Origin: an uncultured Chloroflexia bacterium
Lineage (GTDB): Bacteria; Chloroflexota; Limnocylindria; Limnocylindrales; CSP1-4
Reading direction: 5' to 3'
DNA length: 64,000 nucleotides
NCBI GenBank assembly: GCA_963779315.1
Contig: CAVZXQ010000003.1
Location: forward strand, 85,482 to 149,481
Position numbers and translations under genes: made by a program. The notes beneath the pieces were generated by a model that saw only the letters and a program-made list of their open reading frames with translations, did not search any database and had not been told where the DNA came from. This document shows, one piece after another, positions 29,117-40,296 of the stretch (the first letter of the stretch is position 1; each line of letters opens with the position of its first letter).

Positions 29117-30338
29117 ATGGATAGTGGCGATACCGCCTGGATGCTGATGTCCACGGCGCTGGTCATGATCATGTTGCCTGGCCTGGCGCTCTTCTACGGC
29201 GGCCTCGTCCGCAGCAAGAACGTGCTGTCCACCGTCATGCACAGCTTCTTCGGCCTGGCCCTTGTCAGCATCGTGTGGGTCGTCGTCGGCTTCTCGCTGG
29301 CGTTCGGCCCGGATGTCAACGGTATGGGCCTCATCGGCAATCTGGACTACGTCTTCTTCAACAACGTCGGGATGGAACCGTCCACGGTCTACGCAGTGAC
29401 CATCCCCTTCGTGCTGTTCGCCTCGTTCCAGCTCATGTTCGCGGCCATCACGCCCGGCCCTGATCACCGGGGCCTTCGCCGAGCGCAAGCGCTTCGGGTC
29501 GTTCGTGCTCTTCACGATCCTGTGGTCCATCGTCGTCTACGCCCCGCTGGCCCACTGGGTCTGGTCCGTGGACGGCTGGCTGTACCAGCTCGGCGCGCTC
29601 GACTTCGCCGGTGGCACCGTCGTCCACATCAGCTCGGGCGTGTCCGCCCTGGTCGTCGCCCTGATGCTCGGTCGCCGCGCGCTCAACGGCACGCACCCGG
29701 AGCCGCACGACATCCCGATGACCGTCCTGGGCGCCGGCCTGCTGTGGTTCGGCTGGTTCGGCTTCAATGCCGGGTCCGCGGTCGCCGCCAACGGCCTGGC
29801 CGCGAGCGCCTTCACGGTCACCAACATCGCGGCCGCCGCGGCCACCGTCACCTGGGTCATGGCGAGCTACATCCACACGCGCAAGGTCAGCGTCGTCGGT
29901 GCCGCCTGCGGCGCCGTCGCCGGCCTCGTGGCGGTCACCCCGGCCTCCGGCTACGTCACCGTGGGCGGGGCCCTGACCATCGGGCTGGTGGCCGGCGGGC
30001 TGTGCTACAGCGCCACGCTCCTGCGAGCGCGGTCCAAGGTGGACGACGCGCTGGACGTCTTCGCGGTGCACGGCGTCGGGGGCATGTTCGGGGCCGTCGC
30101 GACCGGCATCTTCGCCTCGTCCAGCATCCAGGCCGCCTACTCCGGCCTGCTCGAGGGTAACCCGCAGCAGCTGGTCAACCAGCTGATCGCTGTCGGTGCG
30201 ACGGTCGGGTACGCCGTCGTCGCCACCGTCGTCATCGTCAAGGTGGTGGACCTCCTGCTCGGGATCCGGGTCAAGCCGGCCGCCGAGGAGATGGGCCTGG
30301 ACCTCTCGGTGCACGGGGAGGCTGCCTACACCGCCTGA
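29117..30338 (+). CDS. amtB: Ammonium transporter (one frame change at about 29453..29456)
   Basis: SD ggaggag then ATG 29117. MDSGDTAWMLMSTALVMIMLPGLALFYGG (ORF 29087..30160). DFAGGTVVHISSG, LLWFGWFGFNAGS, DVFAVHGVGGMFG (ORF 29505..30338). Confidence 0.9.
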
Positions 30339-30464
30339 CTCGACCCCCTCGTCCTCCGGTCGCGGCCGGTCACCGTCGGCTCCTCCCGGCGGTGGCCGGT
30401 CCGACCTATCTTCGGAGACTGGACCTTGGCCACCAAACGACGCCACGATCGAGCACCCGCCGCG

Positions 30465-33400
30465 ATGGACGCCCCGCTGTACGACGCGCGCTTCGAGCAC
30501 GATGCGTGTGGCGTGGGGTTCGTGGCGGATGCCGGCGGTCGGTCGCGCGACCGGGTCCTGCCTCTGGCGCTCGCTGGACTGGCCTCGCTGGCGCACCGCG
30601 GCGCATTCGGGGCGGACGGCGAATCGAGCGATGGCGCCGGCGTCGCGCTGCCGCTGGATCGGTCGCTCCTCGAGCTGATCGGCGGTCCAGCTGCGGCCGC
30701 GACGGGCTCCCTGGCGTCCTGTTCTGCTTCCTGCCGCGCCACCGTCCAGCGGCGTCCCGTGCCCGGGCACTCGTCGAGCGAGCCGTCGACGAAGCGGGCC
30801 TGCGCGTCCTCGGCTGGCGCGAGGTCCCTGCCGATCCGGGCGCATTGGGCGCGTCGGCGGCTGCGTCCCGGCCGGCCTTCGCCCAGGCGATCGTGGCGCG
30901 ACCGCACCGGTCCCCGGGCGACCCCCGCCCAGCCTCCGACGACGCCTTCGAGCGCCGGCTCGGTCTCGCCCGGCGCCGGGTCGAGACTGCAGCACGGGCG
31001 GCGGGCGGAGTGGTCGCCGAGCTGTCGATCCCGTCGGCATCGTGTCGGACGATCGTCTACAAGGGTCTGGTGACCGGCGGGCGACTGCCGGACCTCTACC
31101 CTGACCTGCGGGCCGCGCTGAGCTTCGACTACGCGGTCTTCCATCAGCGCTACGCGACGAACACGCACCCGGTCTGGCGGCTCGCCCAGCCGTTCCGCTC
31201 GATCGCCCACAACGGCGAGATCAACACGGTCCGCGGCAACCGCGAGCAGGTGCGCGGCCGGACCGCCGATGCCGGCGGCGGACCGTGCCGCGTGGCCGCC
31301 GACCTGCTGGCCGCCGGGCCGCTCCTGTCGCCGGACGGCTCCGACTCGCTGTCGCTGGACGAGGCCCTCGAACTCCTGACGACGACCGGCTGGGCGCTGA
31401 CGCCCGCGCTCCTGGCGGCGATCCCCGAGGCACCCGCCCTGCGCCGCTCGCCACACCCGCAGGTCGCCACGTGGCGGCGCCGGACCGCCGGGTTCATGGC
31501 GCCGTGGGATGGGCCGGCTGCCATCGTGTTCGCGGACGGCGACCGGGTGGGCGCGCTGGTGGACCGCAACGGGCTGCGGCCGGCCGCGTTCGCGGTCACC
31601 TCGGACCGGGTCGATCGGCCTGGCCTCCGAGGCGGGCGCCATCCCGTTCACGGCCGCCGAGACCGTTCGTCGCGGGCGCCTGGGGCCGGGCGAACTGCTG
31701 CTCGTGGAGCCGCGCCGCCACGCGATCCTCGAGGATGCCGAGGCCAAGGCCTGGGTGCTTCGGACGATGCCGATCCACGACGCGCCACGTCCGGTCCACG
31801 ACGACCGGTCCGAGGCGGCAGCCGCGGCCATCGAGACGCGTCCGGCGCGCTCGGCACGGAGCGCGCTATCTCGCCGGCCTGGACGCGGAACGAGCCCGCC
31901 TGGACATCAAGACGATGGCGCTCGAGGCGCACGAGCCGCTCTGGAGCATGGGCGACGACACGCCGACCGCGGGCCGAGGCCGGCTCGACCGCCCGGTGGC
32001 CGATCACCTGCGCCAGGCATTCGCGCAGGTCACGAATCCGGCGATCGACCCGGAGCGCGAGCGCGCCGTCATGGACCTGCGGGTGGAGCTCGGTCGACGG
32101 CCGGCGATGCTTGGCGGGCCGCCGCGCGGGCCACGGACCGTTCGCCTGGCACGCCCGATCGTGGTGGATCTGGACGGCCTGCTCGGTCGCTCCGCGCGGC
32201 GCGGCGTCCGGACGCGAGCGACTCGACCCGCTCTGGCCGGCCGCCGAGGGGACGGCCGGACTGGAGGCGGCGCTGGAGCGGCTGGCGTCGGACGCCGTCG
32301 CGGCCGCGCGGGCCGGTACCGAGGTTCTGTCACCTGACCGACGTCTCGTTCGGCACCGAGCGGCTGCCGATCCCGTCGATCCTCGCCTGCGGCGCGGTCC
32401 ACACGGCGTTGACCGCCGCCGGACTGCGCGGGCCGAACGGATCTGCTCGTCGAGGCGTCGGACATCCTGGACGTCCACTCGATGGCGATGGTCATCGCCG
32501 TCGGGCGCGACGGCCGTGCATCCATGGCTGGCACTGGAGCTCGCGGCCGAACTGGCCGGGACGCGCGGCGCCGAGGACCTGGCGCCCGCCGACACCATCG
32601 AGCGCCTCACGCTCGCCTTCGAAGCCGGGCTGCGCAAGACCCTGGCGCGGATGGGGATCAGCGCCGTCTCGTCGTATGTCGGCGGCGCGCTGGTGGACGT
32701 CGTCGACCTGGACCGCGTCGGTCGTCGCGCGCTGCTTCCCGATGGCTGCCGCCTGGCCGGGCCGGACGACCTTCGCGGACCTGGCCGGGCGCCAGCTTCG
32801 ACGTCGGGATGCGGCCGCCGCCCTGCCCGAGCCGCCGCCCGGCCGCGAGGCGCGCCTCCCGGATCCCGGATTCGCCCGGTTCCGCGCCGATGGCGAGGCG
32901 CACCTGTTCTCGCCGAAGATCGCCGGGGAGATCCAGGCACTGGCGTCGGTCGGCGCGGGCGATGACGTGGAGGCGCGCGCTGGCCCGGTACCGCGCGGCC
33001 CTCGCCCGTCCCGGCGGACGCCACCGTCCGTCCCGCGCGACGAGCTTCGGGTCCGCCATCTCCGTACGGCGATCGCCCTGGATGACGTCGAGGACGCGCG
33101 GTCGCATCGTCCGGCGGTTCGTCGTGTCCGCGATGAGCGTGGGGGCACTCAGCCCGGAGGCCCATCAGGCGCTGACGATCGGGATCCAGCGCGCCGGCGG
33201 AGCGGCGAACACCGGCGAGGGCGGCGAGGACCCGGCCTGGTACGTGCCCGGCGAGGACGGCCGGCGGCGCGATGCCCGGATCAAGCAGGTCGCCTCGGCC
33301 CGGTTCGGCGTCACCGCCACGTACCTGGCGCGAGCCGACCAGCTCGAGATCAAGATCTCGCAGGGTTCGAAGCCGGGCGAGGGCGGCCAGCTCCCGGGCC

Positions 33401-35034
33401 GCAAGGCCACGGCGTACATCGCCGTCGCTCCGTCGTGGCCAGGCCGGCCAGAGCTACATCAGCCCGCCGCCGCACCACGACATCTACTCGATCGAGGACC
33501 TTGCCCAGCTCATCGCGGACCTGCGGGCGATCAACCCGCGCGCCCGGATCGGCGTCAAGCTCGTCGCGAGCCGTGGGGTCGGGACGGTCGCGGCAGGCGT
33601 GGCCAAGGCGGGCGCCTCCTACATCCACCTGTCCGGCCATGCCGGCGGGACGGGAGCCTCGCCGCTGTCGTCGATCAAGCACGTCGGGGCGCCATGGGAA
33701 CTCGGACTCGCCGAGGTCCACCAGACACTCCTGCGCAACGACCTGCGCGATCGCGTCGCTCTCCGCACGGACGGCGGCCTCCAGACCGGCCGAGACCTGC
33801 TGGTCGCGGCGCTGCTCGGAGCTGAGGAGTTCGCGTTCGGGACGGCGGCGCTCGTCGCCATCGGCTGCGACATGGCCCGCCAGTGCCACCTCGACACCTG
33901 CCCGACCGGCATCGCCACCCAGCGCGAGGACCTGCGGGCGAAGTTCACCGGCACGCCCGAGATGATCGAGCGGTTCGTGCTGGCCCTCGCGGAGGATCTC
34001 CGCCGGGAGCTGGCTGCGGTGGGCGCCCGGTCCGTCGGCGAGCTGGTCGGGGAGTCGCGCCGGCTGCTGACCACGCTCCCGGCGGCCCGCGCGGAACTGA
34101 CGCCCGTCGATCGGCGCCCCTTCGTGGACCGCGTCCGCTGCTCGTCGCGCAGACCCGGCCAGCGCGGATCGCGACACGCCCCGCGTTCCCGCGTCCGCCC
34201 TGGAGGCGCGCGTCGCCGCGGCCTTCGCCGACCAGGAGTCCGTGACGGCCGGCGGTCTGCGCCTGACGACCGCGGACCGATCGTTCGGGGCCGCGCTCAC
34301 GGGCGCCATCGAGCGCGGAGACCTGCGCCGGTCCGGTCCACTTGGCCGTGAAGGGCGCCGCCGGCCAATCCTTCGGTGCCTTCGCCGGCGAGGGCGTCAC
34401 GCTGCGGCTCGTCGGCCAGGCCAACGACTACGTCGGCAAGGGCCTGTCGGGCGGCTCGATCACCGTCGTCCCGGAGCCTGAGCTGACCGCGACCGCCTCA
34501 AGCCAGGCCATCGCCGGCAACACCGTTCTCTATGGCGCCACGGCCGGCCGGCTCCACCTCGTCGGACGGGCCGGGATGCGCTTCGCGGTCCGCAATAGTG
34601 GCGCCGAGGCCGTGGTGGAGGGGATCGGCCCGCACGGCTGTGAGTACATGACCGGCGGCACGGTCGTCGTCCTGGGTCCGATCGGCGCCAACTTCGGGGC
34701 CGGCATGACCGGCGGCCGCGCCTACCTGTTCGATCCGGACGGCCGGCATCTGGCCGCGCTCGACGGGGCGAGCGTCTCGGGCACCCGCCTGTCCTCCGTG
34801 GTCGCGGATCGGGTCGACGGTCCGGAGCGAGCCGCCGAATTCGATCGCCTCCTGCGCGCCCACCGCGGCGCCGGGTCCGTGCTGGCGGGGTCGCTTCTCG
34901 AGGAACCGGCACTGGCGTCGTGCGTCTGGATCGTGGAACCGATCCCGCAGGCCGTCGCGCCGCAACCGGACCGCAACGCTGTCGTGCCCGAGCCGGTGCC
35001 GACACAGGAGCGACACGCACCTACCCTGCGATGA
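30465..35034 (+). pseudogene. gltB: Glutamate synthase large subunit (about 1520 aa) with at least a dozen frame changes as sequenced
   Basis: MDAPLYDARFEHDACGVGFVAD (Ntn amidotransferase Cys). HQRYATNTHPVWRLAQPFRSIAHNGEINT. FAQVTNPAIDPERE. FMN/FeS domain [62 protein letters not shown]-terminal GXGXG domain [24 protein letters not shown]. Pieces are spread over ORFs 30426.., 30392.., 31509.., 31285.., 32482.., 33272.., 34242.., 34342..35034. Confidence 0.9.
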
Positions 35035-35078
35035 CGATGGGAGAGACCCACTCCACGACGCTCGGAAGGTAGCCCGCC

Positions 35079-35297
35079 ATGATCCACCCGTCCGATCCCA
35101 CGCTGAACTCCACCGCCGTGCGAGATGGTCGAGACGCGCCGGTGACGTGCGCGGCGTGTGGCTGTCGCCTCAGCGCCAGCGGCGACGCCTGGTTCCATTT
35201 CAACCCGATCGCGGGTCGAGACGCCCGTGGTTGCCGAGTGCCGTGCGCCGATGCCGCACATGACTCCGCCGGTCGGGCGATCGCCGTCGCCGTCTGA
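35079..35297 (+). CDS. Small Cys-rich hypothetical protein
   Basis: 72-codon ORF preceded by ggaagg. Contains CAACGC and CRVPC. No recognised family. Confidence 0.3.
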   Translation: MIHPSDPTLNSTAVRDGRDAPVTCAACGCRLSASGDAWFHFNPIAGRDARGCRVPCADAAHDSAGRAIAVAV

Positions 35298-35336
35298 GTC
35301 GGACCCCGGTCCGCTCGGCCTGACCACGGCCGTCGG

Positions 35337-36062
35337 TCAGTCGGGCGCCGTCTCGTCCACGACCAGGCGGTAGCCCACGCCCCGGACCGCCACGATCGCC
35401 GGTCCATGCGCCTCGTCCACCTTGGCGCGCAACCGTGCGAGGTGCGGCTTCAGCCAGAGCAGGTCCGGGTCCGTCTCGGCCGGCCAGCCGGCGCGCGCCA
35501 GCTGGAGATGGGGGACGATATCGCCGTTCGCCCGGGCCAGCGCCTCGAGCAGCCGGAATTCCGTCGGTGTGAGCGTGAGCGACACGTCACCGCAGCGAGC
35601 CTCGTGCCGTCCCGGCTCCAGGGTCAGGTTGCCGGCCGACAATGGCCCGCCGGACGTGCTGCCCGGCATCCCGGTCCGATCCACCCGGCGCATGACCGCG
35701 GCGATACGCGCCAGCAACTCGGCCTTGCCGAACGGCTTGGTGAGGTAGTCGTCCGCCCCGATCCCGAGGGCCCGTACCTTGGCGGCCTCGCCGCTCTCGC
35801 CCGACACGATGATGATCGGCGCCTGGCCGATCGCCCGCATCTGGCCGGCGACGGAGAACCCGTCCGGGCCAGGCATCGCCAGGTCAAGCAGCACGAGGTC
35901 CGGGTGCTCCTCCCGGAATCGCTTGACGGCGGTCAGTCCGTCGTAGGCGGTCATGACCTGGTGGCCCTCCGTCCCGACGAGCGCGGTGACCGCCCCGACC
36001 ATGGCCGGGTCGTCATCCACGACGAGGATCCTCAACGGGCGGGTAGGCATCGTGCGCATCAT
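35337..36062 (-). CDS. OmpR-family response regulator
   Basis: Intact ORF. Receiver domain ILVVDDDP .. DLVLLDLAMPG .. GADDYLTKPF. Winged-helix domain LTPTEFRLLEAL .. VRGVGYRL. Confidence 0.9.
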   Translation of the reverse strand: MMRTMPTRPLRILVVDDDPAMVGAVTALVGTEGHQVMTAYDGLTAVKRFREEHPDLVLLDLAMPGPDGFSVAGQMRAIGQAPIIIVSGESGEAAKVRALGIGADDYLTKPFGKAELLARIAAVMRRVDRTGMPGSTSGGPLSAGNLTLEPGRHEARCGDVSLTLTPTEFRLLEALARANGDIVPHLQLARAGWPAETDPDLLWLKPHLARLRAKVDEAHGPAIVAVRGVGYRLVVDETAPD

Positions 36063-36071
36063 CCTCTCACG

Positions 36072-37376
36072 TCAGATCGCCACCGCGGCCGGCAGCGCGA
36101 CGACGAATCGCGCCCCGTGCGGCAGGGCGGGCTCGCACCACAGGCGGGCACCCATGGATTCGCCGAGTCGTTTGGCGGCATACAGGCCGATCCCGGATCC
36201 GCGTGCCGTGTGGGTATCGCGCCGCGCGTAGGGCTCGAAGATCCGCTCGCGCCACTCCTCCGGGATACCGGGACCCTCGTCGCTCACCCCGAGGCGCGCC
36301 ACGCCCTCGGCGAGACTCCAGTCGATGGTGATGGCGGTGTCGGGCGGGGCGTACTTCACCGCGTTCTCGATGAGGTGCTCCACGATCTGGCGCAGCCGTG
36401 GTGGGTCGGCGAGGGCCTGCAGCCGGGACCCGGGGAGTATTCGCACGGCGTGGCGCACGAGCAGCGGCCGAAGCGAGATGAGGACCGACGACACGACGGT
36501 CTCGAGGTCCACCGGCACGACCGAGGCCTCGCCCTCCGGTACGACCCGGACGGACGCCAGGATCGAATCGACGAGGCGATCGAGCCGCTCGACCTGCTCG
36601 AGCGTTGCGCGGTGCCATGCGGCGCGGGTCTCACGCCGTGCGATGTCCCGCGACGTCCGGCCGGCCAGGGTCGGTTCCTCGGCCAGCAGGTCCGTGTACG
36701 CCCGGACGACGGCGAGGGGCGTCCGCAGTTCGTGGGTCACGAGGGCGATGAGTTCGCTTCGAGCTTCATCGATCGCCTTGAGCGATTCGACGCGGGCCTC
36801 GGCTTCGGATTGCTGGCGACCCTTCTCCACGATGCCGGCAAGCAGGTCGGCCACGGCCCGCAACTGGTCCACGTCGGCCGCGGAGAAGTCACGGGGCTGC
36901 TCGGTCTGCACGTTGAGGACGCCCACGGTCCCGTCGTGCCAGATGAGCGGCACGGACAGCATGGACGCGACGAAGCGTCGCTGGTCGATGCCTCGAACCC
37001 ACAGGAACCGGGGGTCGGCACGGACATCCTGGATGACCAGTGGCTGGTGCGTCGCGGCGACGCGACCGGTGACGCCCTCCCCGAACGGGACCCGCGCCCG
37101 GCCGATCTGGTAGTGGTCGAGGCCGTTCGTCGCGGCCAGCGTCAGGTACGCTCCGTCGCGATCGACCAGGTACAGCGAGGAGACGTCCGTATGGAGCGCG
37201 TCACGGGTCCCGTCAACGACCGTCTCCAGCAGTTCGTCCCACGTTCGCGCGGTCGTGGCCAGGCGGGCGACCTCGTGCAGGAACCGGAGCTGGGCGAGCT
37301 GGTCCGAACCCGGGGCGGGGGCGGGCTCGTGGGCTGGGATCGGCATCGGTCCGGGGGGCGTCACGGCGAACACCAT
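36072..37376 (-). CDS. Cytoplasmic GAF-domain sensor histidine kinase
   Basis: Intact 434-aa ORF without a TM helix. GAF domain (..YLVDRDGAYLTLAATNG..SMLSVPLIWHDGTVGVLNV). H-box LVTHELRTPLAVV. N-box ENAVKYAP. G-boxes DEGPGIP and GSGIGLY. Confidence 0.9.
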   Translation of the reverse strand: MVFAVTPPGPMPIPAHEPAPAPGSDQLAQLRFLHEVARLATTARTWDELLETVVDGTRDALHTDVSSLYLVDRDGAYLTLAATNGLDHYQIGRARVPFGEGVTGRVAATHQPLVIQDVRADPRFLWVRGIDQRRFVASMLSVPLIWHDGTVGVLNVQTEQPRDFSAADVDQLRAVADLLAGIVEKGRQQSEAEARVESLKAIDEARSELIALVTHELRTPLAVVRAYTDLLAEEPTLAGRTSRDIARRETRAAWHRATLEQVERLDRLVDSILASVRVVPEGEASVVPVDLETVVSSVLISLRPLLVRHAVRILPGSRLQALADPPRLRQIVEHLIENAVKYAPPDTAITIDWSLAEGVARLGVSDEGPGIPEEWRERIFEPYARRDTHTARGSGIGLYAAKRLGESMGARLWCEPALPHGARFVVALPAAVAI

Positions 37377-37471
37377 ACAAGCGTAGGGAAGGGCCGAGGG
37401 GCGAACGGTTGCGGCCGCGTCGCGACTCGGCCGCGGAACGGTGACGACGCCAACGCCCTGGTGTCGCTCAC

Positions 37472-40267
37472 GTGACGGTCCCCATCAGGCCTGAACCAGG
37501 CGGCATCGGCACGGCGGGCGCGCACGATCCGCTGGCGACCGAGGTGCGTCTGCTCGGCGCGCTGCTCGGTCAGGTCATCGCGGAGCAGGCCGGCTCCGAG
37601 CTCTTCGATCTCGTGGAGCGAGTCCGACGACGGACCATCCTGCTGCGCGCGGAGGGCGACCCCGCGGAGCGTGCTCGCCTGGATGACGACCTCGCTGGGC
37701 TCGACCTGGGCTCCATGGAAGCGGTCATCGGCGCCTTCGCGCTGTACTTCCAGCTGGTGAACCTGGCCGAAGCCCGGGGCCGGGTTCGCGCCCTGCGCCG
37801 ACGGGAACGAGCCGCGCGAGACGGCGTGCTGGACGATTCGGTGGCGGAGGCGGTCGGGCGCCTTCGGGCGCTCGGGCGAACCGAAGCCGAGCTGGACGCG
37901 CAACTCACCGTCCTGTCGGTGACGCCGGTCCTCACCGCCCACCCGACCGAGGCTCGCCGCCGGACCATCCTCGTCGCGCTTCGGCGCTGCGGCGACCTGC
38001 TGGCCCGGATGGACGACCCGCGCCTGACCCCTTCGGAGGATGCCGAGATCCGCCGCCGCCTGCGCGAGGAGATCACGCTCCTGTGGCGGACGTCCGACCT
38101 GCGGCCGGCCGCACCGGCCGTGCTCGATGAGGTCCGGACGGCGATGGCGTTCTTTGACTCGACGCTCTTCACCCTCGCCCCTCGCCTCGCGCGCATCGTG
38201 GACGGGGCGCTCGATCCGCTCGCGAGTGGCCGGCGACGCCGGAGCGACGGACCGCCACGGACCGGGGCACGAGCGCCACGCGTCGGAGCATTCCTTCGGT
38301 GGGGGAGCTGGATCGGCGGCGACCGCGATGGCAACCCGGGCGTGACCGCGGACATCACCGAGCGGACGTTGCGCATCCACGCGGACCACGTCCTGCGCGG
38401 CTACGAAGCCGTCGCGAACCGATTGATGCAGACCGTCGCCGCAGCTGCTGACGGGGAGCGGATGGCCCTGGGTGTCGCGACGCGGGCGCTGGCGAATCGG
38501 CTGGCCCGCGACGCGGAGGAACTGCCCGAGACGGACCGTCTGCTTCGGCGGCGCTTCCCGGACGAACCCTACCGGCAGCGATTCGGCTTCATCGCCGAGC
38601 GACTGCGCCGGACGCGGGCAGGTTTGACGGGCGGGGCCGCGGCCCGGACTGGCGGGTATCCGGACGCCGCGGCGCTCGACCACGAGCTCGACGAGATCCA
38701 GGCCGCCCTGATCGCGGACGGTCTCGGGCGGGTCGCCTGGGGTGAGGTGGCTGACCTGCGCTGGCAGCTCGGGACGTTCGGCTTCCACCTGGCGTCGCTG
38801 GAGATCCGACAGCATTCCGCGATCCATCGGGTGGCTCTCGCGGCGATCGACGGGGCGGCCGCCGGCGACGCTGCCGCCGGCGGGACCGAGGTGTCGCCGG
38901 GCGTCACGCTTGACGAAGTCCTCGCCACGTTCCGGGCGATCGCCGCAGTCCAGGGCCGGTTCGGGGAGGCGGCCTGTCATCGCTATGTGGTCAGCTTCAC
39001 GCTGGCGGCGTCCGACGTGACGGACGTCCTGTCGATGGCCCGTCACGCCGCCGGCGACGACGCCGCGGCTGCGCTGGATGTCGTGCCGTTGTTCGAGTCG
39101 TTCGATGCGCTGCGCGACGCCGGCCGGATCCTGCGCGAGCTGCTGGCCGATCCCGACTATCGGGTCCACCTGGCCGGGCGTGGCGATCGACAGGAAGTGA
39201 TGCTCGGCTACTCCGACTCCAACAAGGAGTCGGGCTTCCTGTCGGCCGCCTGGCTGCTCCACGAGGCGCAATCCGAGCTGGTGGCCGCCGCCCGCGACCA
39301 CGATGTCGAGCTGACGCTGTTCCACGGGCGTGGCGGGGCGATCGGTCGAGGTGGCGGCCCGACGAACCGGGCGATCATGGGCCAGGCTCCGGGATCGGTC
39401 ACCGGCCGGCTCAAGCTCACCGAACAGGGCGAGGTCATCGCGGCCAACTACTCCGACGCGACGATCGCGCGTCGCCACCTGGAGCAGATGACCGGAGCCG
39501 TCCTGCTGGCCTCCACCCCGGAGCACGACGCGTTGCTCGAGGCGTCGCTGGTTCGCGGTGCCCCGATCATGGCCGAGCTGGCCGAGGCCTCCCGTCGAGC
39601 GTACCGCGCGCTGGTGCACGACGATCCCGGGTTCGCCGCGTTCTTCCGCTCCATCACCCCGATCGCCGAGCTGTCGGCCCTTCGTCTTGGCTCACGGCCT
39701 GCAGCGCGTGGGCGGACGGAGGTAGCCCCGTCGATCGACTCGCTGCGCGCCATCCCGTGGACGTTCGCCTGGTCGCAGGCGCGGGTGAACCTTCCGGGCT
39801 GGTTCGGCCTGGGTACGGCGCTCGAGGCGTTCGAGGGAGCCCACGGCGCCGATGGGCTGGCGGCGATCTCCCGTCTCGCGCGGGACTGGCCGTTCCTCGC
39901 GAGCGTGTTGGACAACGCCGAGATGAGCCTGGCCAAGGCGGACATGGGTGTCGCGCGGCTGTACGCGGCGCTCGCGCGGGGTGACGGCGACGATCGCCGT
40001 TGGGCGATGATCGAGGCCGAATTCCACCGGACGTCGGCCATGCTCAGGCGGATCACGGGCCGGACCCGGCTGCTGGACCACGCGCCCGTCCTCCAGCGTT
40101 CGATCATGCTGCGCAACCCGTACGTGGACTCCCTGTCCGAGCTCCAGGTGCGGCTGCTGGCACGGCTTCGAAGCCTGCCGGCCGGCGATCCGGAACGCGC
40201 ACACGTCCTCCGGCTGGTCCACCTGACGGTGAACGGCGTCGCCGCCGGTCTCCAGAACACCGGCTGA
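37472..40267 (+). CDS. ppc: Phosphoenolpyruvate carboxylase
   Basis: Intact 931-aa ORF (GTG start). VLTAHPTEARRRT, GYSDSNKESG, FHGRGGAIGRGGGP, C-terminal VNGVAAGLQNTG. Confidence 0.95.
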   Translation: MTVPIRPEPGGIGTAGAHDPLATEVRLLGALLGQVIAEQAGSELFDLVERVRRRTILLRAEGDPAERARLDDDLAGLDLGSMEAVIGAFALYFQLVNLAEARGRVRALRRRERAARDGVLDDSVAEAVGRLRALGRTEAELDAQLTVLSVTPVLTAHPTEARRRTILVALRRCGDLLARMDDPRLTPSEDAEIRRRLREEITLLWRTSDLRPAAPAVLDEVRTAMAFFDSTLFTLAPRLARIVDGALDPLASGRRRRSDGPPRTGARAPRVGAFLRWGSWIGGDRDGNPGVTADITERTLRIHADHVLRGYEAVANRLMQTVAAAADGERMALGVATRALANRLARDAEELPETDRLLRRRFPDEPYRQRFGFIAERLRRTRAGLTGGAAARTGGYPDAAALDHELDEIQAALIADGLGRVAWGEVADLRWQLGTFGFHLASLEIRQHSAIHRVALAAIDGAAAGDAAAGGTEVSPGVTLDEVLATFRAIAAVQGRFGEAACHRYVVSFTLAASDVTDVLSMARHAAGDDAAAALDVVPLFESFDALRDAGRILRELLADPDYRVHLAGRGDRQEVMLGYSDSNKESGFLSAAWLLHEAQSELVAAARDHDVELTLFHGRGGAIGRGGGPTNRAIMGQAPGSVTGRLKLTEQGEVIAANYSDATIARRHLEQMTGAVLLASTPEHDALLEASLVRGAPIMAELAEASRRAYRALVHDDPGFAAFFRSITPIAELSALRLGSRPAARGRTEVAPSIDSLRAIPWTFAWSQARVNLPGWFGLGTALEAFEGAHGADGLAAISRLARDWPFLASVLDNAEMSLAKADMGVARLYAALARGDGDDRRWAMIEAEFHRTSAMLRRITGRTRLLDHAPVLQRSIMLRNPYVDSLSELQVRLLARLRSLPAGDPERAHVLRLVHLTVNGVAAGLQNTG

Positions 40268-40296
40268 GGCGGCGCGTCTGGGCGGCCGACCCTTGG

